Origin: the human T2T-CHM13v2.0 reference genome, Homo sapiens
Strand: one strand, 5' to 3'
Length of the DNA: 64,000 bases
Assembly (NCBI RefSeq): GCF_009914755.1
Contig: NC_060931.1
This document shows positions 24,173-43,043 of this stretch, piece after piece. The notes under the pieces are model-generated. The model was not told the origin of the DNA and did not search any database. It saw only the letters and a list, made by a program, of their open reading frames with translations. Made by a program: the position numbers and the translations under genes. The stretch's first letter is position 1. Every line of letters begins with the position of its first letter.

Positions 24173-27100
24173 GAGCTGGGGGATGGGGTCCATGGGGGCC
24201 CTGGTCCCACTGTAGCCGGAGCTGTGGGGGAGGCCTGCGGAGCCGGACCCGGGCCTGTGACCAGCCCCCACCCCAGGGCCTGGGGGATTACTGCGAGGGG
24301 CCACGGGCACAGGGGGAGGTCTGCCAGGCTCTGCCCTGCCCAGGTACCTGCCAGGGATGGGGGTGGGGGTCAGGGACAGAGGAAGGGGAGTTAGAGGAAG
24401 CATTCCAGGGAGAGAGGCCAGGGTGGATGGCCCCACACAGTTCTCAGCCCATCCTGTTTGCCCTCAGTGACCAACTGCACTGCCATTGAAGGGGCCGAGT
24501 ATAGCCCCTGTGGCCCTCCGTGCCCTCGCTCCTGTGATGACCTAGTGGTGAGTCCCAGCTCCCTTGGCACTGCCACCTGACCCAAGGCCCACTTTGCGGG
24601 AGGGCAGGGTGTGGATTTGGGCTCACGGCCTCTTTGGCTGGGGCCTGGACAGCCCAGCACAGGAAGGCACGGGTGGGGGCCCTGGTTTCAGTTCACAGAG
24701 CATGCCAGGCCACCCCAGAGAGACACCAGCCTCTCTCCGCACAGAGCCAGCCTCACCTGACAGCCTTTGTCTGTAGATCAGACATTTCTCACATTAAAGC
24801 GTTATGACAAAAATGGCATAAACACAAAGGAAGGGGGAAATCATCTCCTGAACCCCATGAGCACGTTGGTGTCTAGACCTGCATCTGTGTGTGGGTGGGG
24901 GAGTGGCGGGGGGTGGGAGAAGCAAACACAGGGTCACCACGGAGCCCACATTCTGGGCTGAGCAAGACAGACACACGTGAAAGAGTGGTCACAGTAGGGG
25001 CCATGAAGAATGAGGTGGGGCTTCGAGGCCTTGGGTGTGGAGGTGCTGAGGGAGGTGGGGAGAGGGAGGAGAAAGAGGAGGATCTCGAAGAGAAGAGAAG
25101 GTCGTTGCGGGCAGTGCCTGCTCCCAGCCGCCCCAGGACCTCCCAGCTCCTTCCCAAACTGCCCCCTTGCCCAGCCAGCTCCCCACGTTCTAGAGGTCTG
25201 GGGCATGCCCCAGCTTCCAGGCCATGAGTCCAGGTCACCCGCTGGAATTGGGGTTTTACATCTGGGAACACCTAGCTCCAAATCCCTGCCCCAGGGGGCC
25301 AAAGGGAACCTCCTCAGCTGCTCCTCCCTCCCCTCCACCCTCAGGGAGGGGCCAACCTCAGTGCAAACTGCAGGGCTAGCTGGGTCCCCTTCCTGCCTTT
25401 CTCATCTGCACTACCAGGCGTACTCTGTTGAAAACGTGAGGCCTCTGTCACACCTTCCTCCCCAGCCCCTTGTTCCGTCGTCTTCCCTGCACAGCTTTCC
25501 TTTTTCTGCTGATGGCCCCCACTTACTGTCCCCCAGCACTGCGTGTGGCGCTGCCAGCCTGGCTGCTACTGCCCACCAGGCCAGGTACTGAGTTCCAACG
25601 GGGCCATCTGCGTGCAGCCGGGTCACTGCAGCTGCCTGGACCTGCTGACCGGGCAGCGGCACCATCCGGGTGCTCGGCTGGCAAGGCCTGACGGCTGCAA
25701 CCACTGGTAAGGGGCCCTCGCCGTGGTGGGAGGCAGGGATGCCAGCAGGAGTTGCCCCACTTCATCCCATTCTCTCGAGCTCTCTGGAGTCTCCGCGGAT
25801 GGTCACATTTGCCCCCCACAATCCCTGAGCAGATGTGGGGCAGGCACCAAGACCCGCGTCTGATAGGCGAGGACGCTGAAGCTGACCCTGTGTGTCTGCG
25901 GGGGCTGGGCACGTGCTCAGCGGCAGGAGGGGTCTGGGCAGGAGGAGTGACAGATATGGCATTCACAACCCATCTGACCACAGAGTTGGCTCCAGGGTAC
26001 CTGCAGTCCTTCCCCAAGAGTAGGCATCATCTGGTGACCCCGAGAGGGCCAGCTAAGTGGGACAGGAAACAGGATAGGGAGGCACTGGAGAGCTGGGAGA
26101 TGGGGCACTATCTGGCAGAAAACTGAGGATCAATCATAAGGATGAGGGGAGGGGAGAGGCAGCTGGGGGGGTGCAGAGTTAGGGTTTGGGGTAGGACTAA
26201 GCTGCTGCCTCTTCCTTCTGTGTCTGCACCCCCTGCCCAGCACCTGCCTGGAGGGGAGGCTGAACTGCACAGACCTGCCCTGCCCAGGTATGTGCCTAGC
26301 TTGGAGGGAGGTGAGGAGGGGGGCCTGGGACCGGGCAAGGGACGGGCTGCACCCCAGTGCCCACCATTCTCCTTGTAGTGCCCGGAGGCTGGTGCCCGTG
26401 GTCGGAGTGGACAATGTGCTCCCAGCCCTGCAGGGGCCAGACCAGGAGCCGCTCCAGGGCCTGTGCCTGCCCCACTCCTCAGCACGGTGGTGCCCCGTGC
26501 ACTGGAGAGGCTGGGGAGGCAGGGGCCCAGCATCAGAGGGAGGCCTGCCCCAGCTACGCCACGTGCCCAGGTGTAATGCCCCACGAGGCCCATGCCCCTC
26601 CCCCAAAAGGCCCTAAAGCCCTGCTCCAGCCCCGCTAACCTGGGGCCTCCTAATGCGGATGATCTGTCTTCCTGCCACAGTGGACGGAGCCTGGGGCCCA
26701 TGGGGGCCATGGTCTCCCTGCGACATGTGCTTGGGGCAGTCCCACCGGAGCCGGGCGTGCAGCCGGCCCCCCACCCCTGAGGGAGGGAGGCCCTGCCCTG
26801 GGAGCCACACGCAGAGTCGCCCTTGCCAGGAAAATTCCACCCAGTGCACAGGTCAGGCTTCAGTGAGGTCTGAGAGGGCCCCTCTAAGTCCAGGGAGATG
26901 CCGACTCTGGCCTCTGACCTCCACACACATCATGTCACTATCTCAAGGGACAGTTCCCAGGCCATCAGTCATGGACCTGGTCAAGGTGGCGGGTCCGAAT
27001 GGGCGCCAGGCATGGCAGGAGGGTTGAAAATGCCTCAGGATGCCCTTCGGTGACCACCCTCTCTGCTTTCTTCCTGCGTAGACTGCGGGGGTGGCCAGAG

Positions 27101-30100
27101 TCTGCATCCCTGTGGGCAGCCCTGCCCCCGCTCCTGCCAGGACCTGTCCCCTGGGAGTGTGTGCCAGCCAGGCTCTGTGGGCTGCCAGCCCACTTGTGGG
27201 TGCCCCCTGGGCCAGCTCTCCCAGGACGGGCTGTGCGTGCCCCCAGCCCACTGCCGCTGCCAGTACCAGCCTGGAGCCATGGGTGAGTGCCTCCCCTCTC
27301 CCCCAGCCCCCAGCACTGCAGTGCCACCTGTCTGGCCCCTGTGCCGCTGCCCCGGGGACCCAGCCTGGGGCTGCAGAACAAAAATGAGCGATTACCAGCT
27401 CTCCAGGCCTTCGTGTCCCTCGACTCCCCTCCCAGGGCTGGTCTGGTTGGAGTGTCCACCTCCCTTGTTCAGGACACAGGGTGCCATGCGGTGGAGGCAA
27501 GAGGGTGGGGAGTAGAAGGCCATGGGGTGGGAGGAGGGATGGATGGGGGGAGCTGAGCTGTCTGGAGCCCCCACCCTCCCTCCTGTGCCCCTCAGGGATC
27601 CCTGAGAACCAGAGCCGCTCAGCAGGGTCTAGGTTTAGCTCCTGGGAGAGCCTGGAACCCGGAGAGGTGGTCACTGGGCCATGTGACAACTGGTAAGCCA
27701 AGAGAAGTGGGGGCGGGGAGGCGCATAGAACCCAGGAGGGGAGCCCTCAGGGGATGGGGCTGGTCCTGTCTCTGAAGCCCCCTCCTTTGTCCCCAGCACC
27801 TGTGTGGCAGGCATTCTGCAATGCCAGGAGGTGCCTGACTGCCCGGACCCTGGGGTGTGGAGCTCTTGGGGCCCTTGGGAAGACTGCAGTGTTTCGTGTG
27901 GGGGCGGGGAGCAGCTGCGCTCCCGGCGCTGTGCTCGTCCTCCCTGCCCAGGGCCTGCCCGCCAGAGCCGCACATGCAGCACACAGGTCTGCAGAGGTGA
28001 GCGCCAGCCCGGGGCTAACCCCACTCTGACCTTTGAGTCCCATCCTGGCCTTTGACCCTGACTCATGGGTGCCTTTTGGCCTCTCCCTCCCCACCCCCAC
28101 CTGTCCTCCAGTGCCCTCCCACCAGCGATGGACAAGTGAAGGAGGACTCAGCCAGGCTGTGGGAGCCTGTGGGAGGGGGCGCTGCCCAGGGCGGGGGGAT
28201 GGGCAGGTGAAAGGCACTCCCTGAGGTGGTCAGTGAGGGCCGGGGCCGGAGCAGGTGCTGATGTGGCTGCTGCCTCAGAGGCAGGCTGCCCGGCTGGCCG
28301 CCTGTACCGTGAATGCCAGCCCGGCGAGGGATGCCCCTTCTCCTGCGCCCACGTCACGCAGCAGGTGGGCTGCTTCTCTGAGGGCTGCGAGGAGGGCTGC
28401 CACTGCCCCGAGGGCACCTTCCAGCACCGCCTGGCCTGTGTGCAGGTCAGAACCTGTCCACCCCACAGCCCTCCCTGCCCTCCCTTCGCCTGTCCCCTCT
28501 GTCATGTCTGTCACTTTTGCAGACCCTGTCATCCCTGGGCAGGCCCCTAAGCAGCACACAGGCTGGTGAGGCCAGCCGAGGCCTCTGCTGACAGCGTCAG
28601 GGGCAGGCAGAGTTAGACGCAGCCTCCCGGGGTCCCTGGTTCCCCGGGATGGGGAACACCTGCCACCTCTGGACTTGCCTGTCCTCTGTTCCTGACTGGT
28701 ACATGTCCCAGCCCTGCTGGAGCTCACACCCACCCCTGTATTCCCCGCCCACCCCTCACCCTGGCAGGGAGGGGCAGTTTCCTGCCAGGTTCCCATGTTC
28801 CCCAACCTCACTGGCCCAGCCTCACCTCCCTGTCCTCCACTGTGGGTCATGGGTCTTCACTGCCCCTCTCTTGCCTGTCACATGCTTGTGGGGACAGTGC
28901 CCCTCACCTTCACTCCCCTTGGCCCCACCTGGTCCCTGCTGGGCATCCCAGCGGCAGCCGGGGCCCAGCTCTGCTCTGGGGAGCCTGACAGGCACACAGG
29001 GATCCCTTTCCTAATCCTAAAGCCGGCTGCCCAGTGGCCACTCCTGAGCCAGAGTTCCAGGATGCCATGTTCAGGAGGGACCAGAGCAGCCACCTGGTCT
29101 CACCTCCTAGACCTAGAGATGGTGACAGTGAGCCCCAGAGAGGGGAGGGGACACACCGAGGTCACACACAGCAGCAGAGCCAGACCCAAACCTAACGTCC
29201 CGATTCCTGGCTGAAGCTCTTTCTGCCCCCCGCATCATGTGTGAGCCTGTGAGGGTCTGTGTTGGTGCCTCCTTGTGTCCTGCTGGGCGCTCTGTGTGGG
29301 GAAGCCAGCTCAGGCCAAGCCCCGGCCATGCCCCTCTCATGGTGTGCTCATGCCCCTGATGGGGGTGAACAGCCCCCTGCTCCTGGAAATGCTTTCCTGG
29401 AGCCTGGAGCCCTTTTCCGGGTCCTCACACTGTCCCTCCCCAAGTCTCTCCAGGGGATGCGCACAGCCCCGGGTGGGTGGCTGGCCTGTGCTGTGATGCT
29501 GCCTCCTCTGCCCCACTCTCCCAGGAGTGCCCTTGTGTGCTGACAGCCTGGCTGCTGCAGGAGCTGGGAGCCACCATAGGTGACCCTGGTCAGCCCCTCG
29601 GGCCTGGAGATGAGCTGGACTCAGGCCAGACACTTCGTACAAGCTGTGGCAACTGGTGAGGGGGATGGTGAGGGTGGGGACTGGGCTGGGGAGGGTCAGG
29701 GAGATTTTCAGTGGAGGGAGGGGTTAGAGGGTAAGAGGACAGGGACCGGGAACCCCAGTCTACCCTCTGGCCCCACCTGGGCTGGGCTAACCTGGCTCTT
29801 CCCCCAGCTCGTGTGCACACGGGAAGCTGTCTTGCTCCCTGGACGACTGCTTCGAGGCCGATGGTGGTTTCGGTCCCTGGAGCCCGTGGGGCCCGTGCTC
29901 CCGCTCCTGTGGAGGGCTGGGCACCCGTACCCGCAGCCGCCAGTGTGTGCTCACCATGCCCACCCTCAGTGGTCAGGGCTGCCGTGGGCCCCGCCAGGAC
30001 CTCGAGTAACTGCCCCAGCCCAGACTGCCCTGGTAAGGACAGGCAGAAGGTGGTGGGCAGGGCTGGGGTCAGGATGGCACTGGACAGACGTCTAGGAGGC

Positions 30101-33100
30101 CTTATTGGAGGAGGCAGTATCTGAGGGGTTTTGAGGGAGGGAGGGAACTTTGACCAGCATTGGAAGGAAAGGAACAGCTTGAGCAAAGGCCTTGAGCCTG
30201 CAAGGAAGTGCTGTGCTTGGGGCCTGGGTGTCCGCAGGAGCTCAAGCTGAGGAAGGCTGGACTAGATAGCCATGAGCCCGCAGTGCCAGCTGCCAGCCTT
30301 AGGCGTGGTCCCGGTGCGCTGTGGGTACCAAAACATTTCTGAGTGGGGTTTCCTTTGGCACAGGGGCTGAAGGGTCCACGGTGGAGCCAGTAACAGGCCT
30401 TCCAGGTAGCTCCAGACTCCCTGTACCTCTGCCTCATGGCCTCCCTGTGGGAAGAGCAAGCCCAGGGACCCCTCCCCGCTTCCCCCTCCCCTGCTTCCTG
30501 GAGAGGCTGAAACTCAGGGCCGACTCAGCACAAGGCACCCTCCCCAATCCCTCCCCCAGGTGGCTGGGGCCCATGGTCCTCCTGGTCCCCCTGCTCCAGA
30601 AGCTGCACGGACCCCGCTCGCCCTGCATGGCGCAGCCGCACCCGCCTCTGCCTGGCTAACTGCACCATGGGGGACCCATTACAGGAGCGCCCCTGCAACC
30701 TGCCCTCATGCACAGGTGTGCCTTCCAGCCTCAACTTCTGATCCCAGCCACCACCCTCAGACAACTCATTGTAACCCCCAATTCCCAATATCTAATACCC
30801 CTCAGGTAATCATTGGTTTCTAGTGTTGACATCTCATTTCAAATCAGTGTCTGACTCCGGGCTCTGGATCCTCTTTGCCAACCCCAGCAGATGCTGGGGA
30901 GCCCAACTTCCAGCACATTCCTTGTTCTCTGGTGTGTGTGCTGAACTCTCCACCCGCCCCAAGGTCCCGCCCAAATCCCTCCATAGCCCTGTAGTCTGGG
31001 ATTACTGTCCCTGATGAGAAAAGGGGATAGTGAGGCCCAGTTGTCAAAGCCACACAGCAGTCAGTGTCAGATCCAGAATGAGAGCCCAGAGCTCTGGACG
31101 AGGCCACTGCTGGCCTGGGTGGTGGAGGTCCACCGTTGAGCTGGGAGCAGAGAGGAAAGGCTGGGCAGGTGTCATGCAGCCGGGACTGGCTCCAGCTCCG
31201 CTTTGTGTCACAGAGCTGCCCGTGTGCCCTGGCCCTGGCTGTGGGGCTGGGAACTGTTCCTGGACCTCCTGGGCCCCGTGGGAACCTTGCTCCCGCAGCT
31301 GCGGAGTGGGCCAGCAGCGCCGCCTGCGGGCATACCGTCCCCCTGGGCCCGGCGGGCACTGGTGCCCCAACATCCTTACTGCCTACCAAGAGCGCCGCTT
31401 CTGCAACCTGCGAGCCTGCCCAGGTGAGGCGGCTGGGGGAGACCAGGGCATGCCCCAGGCTCTGCCCCTGGAAGGCCCCTGGCATCAGTGCCCCCTCCCA
31501 GGCACCCAGCCTACCTGAGTGTGGCACTTTCATCTCTCACACCAGACCCTGACCTGGGCTCGTGGGATAGGTGGGGGCCCCCTGCCTGAGCCGACCCCTC
31601 AGGTGGCCGTTCTCTTTCCCACAGTGCCCGGGGGCTGGTCACGCTGGAGTCCCTGGTCCTGGTGTGACCGCAGCTGTGGGGGAGGCCAATCCCTGAGAAG
31701 CCGCAGCTGCTCAAGCCCCCCATCCAAGAACGGGGGAGCCCCCTGTGCTGGGGAGCGGCACCAGGCCCGCCTCTGCAATCCCATGCCTTGTGGTATGGCA
31801 ATGGTGACAGTCCTGTCCTACCCTTATTGGGCTCCACTCTGCATGGGGCCTGGCTGCTACCTCATGGGCCAGTTTGGAAACTGAGCCCTCTGGGGTGGAG
31901 GGCTGGGCCTGGCGTTGGGCAAGGATACCCTGAGCATGTCTGTTGTCTGTGCCAAGGCCCAAGGATCCACCCTGGCCACCCCAACCCACAGGAGAGCTCC
32001 TCCTTTCAGCTTTCCCACCCCCGAGGTGGGAAAGAGCCACCAGCCCTGTCACAATTTTTGGAGGCTTTGACAGTGGCACTTTTAGGAGCGGCTGTGGCAC
32101 TCGTGGGTGGTGGATGGAGCCAGCGGCTGTAGCTGAGCCTGTGCCTCCTCCCGTCACCCCCAAGCTTCAGCTCCTTCTTTAATTGGCCCTCAACAGCCCC
32201 ATGGCATGGGTTCCCCCGGGGCTCCCCTCCTCTATCCCCACCCATCCTCTGGGTGGACACAAAAGAGGCTCCAGGTGACATTATTGGCTTTTGAGACCCA
32301 CAAATTTAGTCCAGCTCCACAAACATTTACTGGGTACCGGGTAGGTGCTGAGAACTCACAGGAGGTGAGAGGAACTCACTGTCTACCTAGAATGTCCCAA
32401 TTCCAGAGTCTTCCCGAGTCTCCCGTGTTTCAGTGAGCACCAGTGTGGGGGATGGGATGGGTCCTGTAGCTTTATGGAGGTAGGGAGTCCCCAGTAGGGC
32501 AGAGGGAGGGTTTCTGAGCCCTGGGCCCTCCTGACTCTGGGCCCTCCATCTGCTCAGAGGCCGGCTGCCCAGCAGGCATGGAGGTGGTCACCTGTGCCAA
32601 CCGCTGCCCCCGCCGCTGCTCAGACCTCCAGGAGGGAATTGTGTGTCAGGACGACCAGGTCTGCCAGAAGGGCTGCCGCTGCCCAAAGGGTAGGTGCTGC
32701 CCTATCCTTCAGGAGTGTCAGGGTGGCTGAGTGGGAAGGTGTGGGTGGGGCCAGGGGTGCAAGCTCCAGCCCTTGCCCCACAGGGTCCCTGGAGCAGGAT
32801 GGTGGCTGCGTGCCAATTGGGCACTGTGACTGCACCGATGCCCAGGGCCACAGCTGGGCCCCGGGGAGCCAGCACCAGGATGCCTGCAACAACTGCTCAT
32901 GCCAAGCTGGGCAGCTCTCCTGCACGGCTCAGCCCTGCCCGCCTCCCACCCACTGTGCCTGGAGCCACTGGTCGGCCTGGAGTCCCTGCAGCCACTCATG
33001 CGGGCCCAGAGGGCAGCAGAGCCGCTTCCGGTACGGGGCTGGCAGGGCTAGATGTCCCTTCTGCCACCCAGGGCCTCACTCTGCAAGGCGCAGTCTCCCT

Positions 33101-34587
33101 TCTGACAGAGTTCCTGGGTCCTGCTCTCACCAGCGACAGCACCACCCCAGGCCCTGGGCCAGCTCTGTCCCTGGTTACCCTGGCTTTTCCTCAGCTACCC
33201 CCATGCCCACCCTGAGGTGTCCCGTCAGGGTGTCTCATCAGGAGACAGAGAAGGGATGACGGGCCTGAGCTATCTCTCACCTCCTCTGCCCTGGCCCCAC
33301 CCAGGTCCTCCACGTCGGGCTCGTGGGCCCCAGAGTGTCGGGAGGAGCAGTCCCAGAGCCAGCCCTGCCCTCAGCCCTCGTGCCCACCCCTGTGCCTGCA
33401 GGGCACTCGCTCCCGCACCCTGGGGGACAGCTGGCTGCAGGGGGAGTGCCAGCGGTGGTGAGTGCAGGGCAGGGAGGGGGGCTGGAACCGCCCTGCTGGA
33501 GAGCAGAGTCCTGAGTCCCGGCTCTTTCCCAGCTCCTGCACCCCGGAGGGTGTGATCTGCGAAGATACGGAGTGTGCAGGTCTGGGCTGCCTCCGGATCC
33601 CCGCCTCAGCCACCCTTCTAGCCTCATGCCTTGCCTGCCATGTGCTCTGTGTCTCATTTTCTCCCACCTTACTTAACTGCCACTCCCTTGGCCACCATGC
33701 AGGTCCCCACCCAGTCCTTTGGCCTTTGCTCCCTCCGCCTCCTCTGACCTCACCTGTGCCCTCCCACAGTGCCTGAGGCTTGGACGCTGTGGTCCTCCTG
33801 GTCCGACTGCCCTGTCTCCTGTGGAGGTGGAAACCAGGTCCGAACCCGGGCCTGCAGGGCCGCAGCCCCTCACCACAGGAGCCCACCCTGCCTGGGCCCT
33901 GACACCCAGACCAGGCAGCAGCCTTGCCCAGGGCTGCTGGAGGCCTGCTCCTGGGGCCCGTGGGGGCCCTGTTCCCGCAGCTGCGGCCCGGGCCTGGCCT
34001 CTCGCTCTGGGTCCTGCCCCTGCCTGATGGCCAAGGCCGACCCCACCTGCAACAGCACCTTCCTCCACCTGGACACCCAGGGCTGCTACTCAGGGCCCTG
34101 CCCAGGTGAGTGTTCAGGGGAAGTGAAATCACCTCTCTACTTTTCCTACCTTGGGAGATTCAGAAAATAAATGTTCCTAGTTCCCGGATCATCCCTTAAA
34201 ATAAGCCTGCCCTGTCTGTGCCCCCATGTTTTGCTCAGTTCCTTTCCTCTTCCCACCATCTCTTCCCTCGGGGCCCTCCTTGTAGGGTGAGAGGGCGTCC
34301 AGCCAGCTGGGCCTTTCAGGCCCCTCTTGCCTGTTTCCTGTGCAGGGTCTCGGCAGGGCTGGGGTGAGAGGGAGGGCAGGCAGGGGAGAGGTGGGCTGAC
34401 ACACCCCTCCGGTCCCTAGAGGAGTGTGTGTGGAGCAGCTGGAGCAGCTGGACGCGCTGCTCTTGCCGGGTGCTGGTGCAGCAGCGCTACCGACACCAGG
34501 GCCCGGCGTCCCGAGGGGCCAGGGCAGGCGCCCCCTGCACGCGGCTGGATGGCCACTTCCGGCCTTGCCTTATCAGCAACTGCTCTG
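24173..34587 (+). pseudogene. SSPOP: SSPOP exon group: TSR/TIL/VWC array, part 2 (TAC>TAAC stop)
   Basis: Exons 24173-24343, 24468-24547, 25537-25706, 26241-26287, 26379-26570, 26681-26851, 27082-27282, 27596-27692, 27797-27996, 28279-28445, 29525-29655, 29808-30032, 30364-30405, 30560-30715, 31214-31423, 31625-31792, 32558-32689, 32784-33030, 33305-33457, 33533-33579, 33770-34105, 34420-34587. Confidence 0.9.
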
Positions 34588-35259
34588 GTGAGGCTCCAGC
34601 AGCAAGTTAACCAGGGAGCTGCGCAGGGCAGCAGCCACCAAGGGTCCCTGCTGGAACTCCCTGCTCCCCTCCCCTCACAGCCAATGTAGTGCCCCAAGAC
34701 CTCAGAGCAGCTGCCTGCGCCCGTGCCTGCCCTCAAACCCAGCTGCTCCCCTGCTCCCCCCAGATACTCCCTCATCACAGCTGCGACCCCAATCCCTCAC
34801 CACAATTTGTCCACCCTGCAGCTGCCGGCCCGCCTGTGGCTTTGGCCCATGTAGCTGCCCTCTAGGAGGGTGTCTTACCCAGCTCCTGCTGCGGCTGCCC
34901 TCCATCTCTGCCCCTCTGTCTCCCATCTCTGCCCCTCTGTCTCCCATCTGCCAATTTCTGGAGCACCTGCCAAGGCCCCTCACTCCTGCAGCCCCCTCCT
35001 CAGCTGCCTCCTCCAGGCATCTTCCTGGCTCTCCAAGGCCCAACCCATCCTGATCCTTCCCTGGAGGTGCCCACAGGTGCTGAGTGGATGCCAGATGGGG
35101 GATACTGGTCTGTTCCAACTTGCGGAGGGTGGGCATCTTGTACTCTCACCAGGTGACCCCAAGGGCCTCAGTAGAGCCACGCGGCATGTGCTCTGGGCTT
35201 TGGGAGTGATGTCTCTGGGCTGTTCCCCCACAAGCCTGCCTCTCCCCCATCTCCCCCAG

Positions 35260-40904
<5,645 letters not shown>

Positions 40905-41119
40905 GTATGGAGGGAACCTGGGTGCATTGTGGGGTGCCTCTCCCTGGTCTAGACCCTTCTCCCCTGCCACCCCACACCTGGCCTTTGCAGCCTGGCAGCT
41001 GCCTGACTCCCCCAGGCCAACCCACCATGGGGATTTGAGGAGTGAAGACCCCAGCACATATCATAGCGCCTGGTCACCTCGCCCCACACGCTTCCCTCAG
41101 ACCCAGGCCCTGCCCCTCT

Positions 41120-43043
41120 TCCCACAGTCCCCTCAGTCCCCTCCTCCTCCTGTGCTCTGTCCCCCCCCCCCACAGTCTCCTCAGTCATCCCCTCCTCCTG
41201 TGTCCCCTCCACAGTCCCCTCAGTCATCCCCTCCTCCTCCTGTGCTCTGTCCCCCCCACAGTCCCCTCTGCCATCTCCTCCTCCTGTGTCCTCTACAGTC
41301 CCCTTAGTCCCCTCCTCCTCCTGTGTCCCCCTCCACAGTCCCTCAGTCACCTCCTCCTGTGCCTTCCCGCACAGTCCCCTCAGTCACCTCCTCCTCTGTC
41401 CCCCCCACAGTCCCCTCAGTCCCCTCCTCCTCCTGTGCTGTCCCCCACAGTCCCCTCCATCATCCCCTCCACCTGTGTCCCCTCCACAGTCCCCTCAGTC
41501 CCCTCCACCTCCTGTGTCCTCCCACAGTCCCCTCAGTCCCCTCCTCCTGTGTCCTCCCACAGTCTCCTCAGTCATCCCCTCCTCCTGTGTCCCCTCAGTC
41601 ATCCCCTCCTCCTGTGTCCCCTCCACAGTCCCCGCAGTCATCCCCTCCTCCTGTGTCCTCCTCCACAGTCTCCTCAGTCCCCTCCTCCTGTGTCCCCCCC
41701 ACAGTCCCCTCAGTCACCTCCTCCTCCTGTGCCCTCCCCCACAGTCCCCTCCATCATCCCCTCCTCCTGTGTCCCCCCCACAGTCCCCTCAGTCACCTCC
41801 TCCTCTGTCCCCCCGCACAGTCCCCTCAGTCACCTCCTCCTCCTGTGCCTTCCCGCACAGTCCCCTCAGTCACCTCCTCCTCTGTCCCCCCACAGTCCCC
41901 TCAGTCCCCTCCTCCTCCTGTGCTGTCCCCCACAGTCCCCTCCATCATCCCCTCCACCTGTGTCCCCTCCACAGTCCCCTCAGTCCCCTCCACCTCCTAT
42001 GTCCTCCCACAGTCCCCTCAGTCCCCTCCTCCTGTGTCCTCCCACAGTCTCCTCAGTCATCCCCTCCTCCTGTGTCCCCTCCACAGTCCCCTCAGTCATC
42101 CCCTCCTCCTGTGTCCCCTCCACAGTCCCCTCAGTCCCCTCCTCCTCCTGTGTCCTCCCACAGTCCCCTCAGTCCCCTCCTCCTGTGTCCTCCCACAGTC
42201 TCCTCAGTCATCCCCTCCTCCTGTGTCCCCTCCACAGTCCCCTTAGTCACCTCCTCCTCCTGTGCCTTCCCGCACAGTCCCCTCAGTCACCTCCTCCTCT
42301 GTCCCCCCCCACAGTCCCCTCAGTCACCTCCTCCTCCTGTGCCCTCCACAACAGTCCCCTCAGTCATCCCCTCCTCCTGTGTCCTCCTCCACAGTCCTCT
42401 CAGTCATCTCCTCCTCCTGTGTCCTCCCACAACAGTCCCCTCAGTCATCCCCTCCTCCTGTGTCCCCTCCACAGTCCCCTCCTCCTCTGTCCCCCCCACA
42501 GTCCCCAGTCCCCTCCTCCTCCTGTGCCTCCCCTCCACAGTCCCCTCAGTCACCTCCTCCTCCTGTGTCCTCCCACAACAGTCCCCTCAGTCATCCCCTC
42601 CTCCTGTGTCCTCCCACAGTCCCCTCAGTCACCTCCTCCTCCTGTGCCGTCCCCCACAGTCCCCTCAGTCACCTCCTTCTCCTGTGCCTCCCCTCCACAG
42701 TCCCCTCAGTCACCTCCTCCTGTGTCCTTCCACAGTCTCCTCTGTCACCTCCTCCTCCTGTGCCTCCCCTCCACAGTCCCCTCAGTCATCCCCTCCTCCT
42801 GTGTCCTCCCACAGTCCCCTCAGTCACCTCCTCCTCCTATGCCTCCCCTCCACAGTCCCCTCTGTCACCTCCTTCTCCTGTGCCCTCCCCACAGTCTCCT
42901 CTGTCACCTCCTCCTCCTGTTTCCCCCTGCATTCCCCCTGTCACCTCGTTCTCCTGTGCCTCCCCACCCCCACAGTCCCCTCAGTCACCTCTGCCTCCTG
43001 TGCCCCACCCCCACCTCCTGCCACTCAATGCCCCTCCCCACAG
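41120..43043. repeat. ~1.9-kb C-rich VNTR, unit ~36-42 bp (CCACAGTCCCCTCAGTCACCTCCTCCTCCTGTGTCCCCT), roughly 45-50 units
   Basis: Directly visible tandem array filling most of intron 40905-43043. Confidence 0.95.

Noticed and set aside
41120-43043. CRISPR-like array
   Set aside because: No unique spacers, human intronic context and no cas genes; it is a minisatellite.
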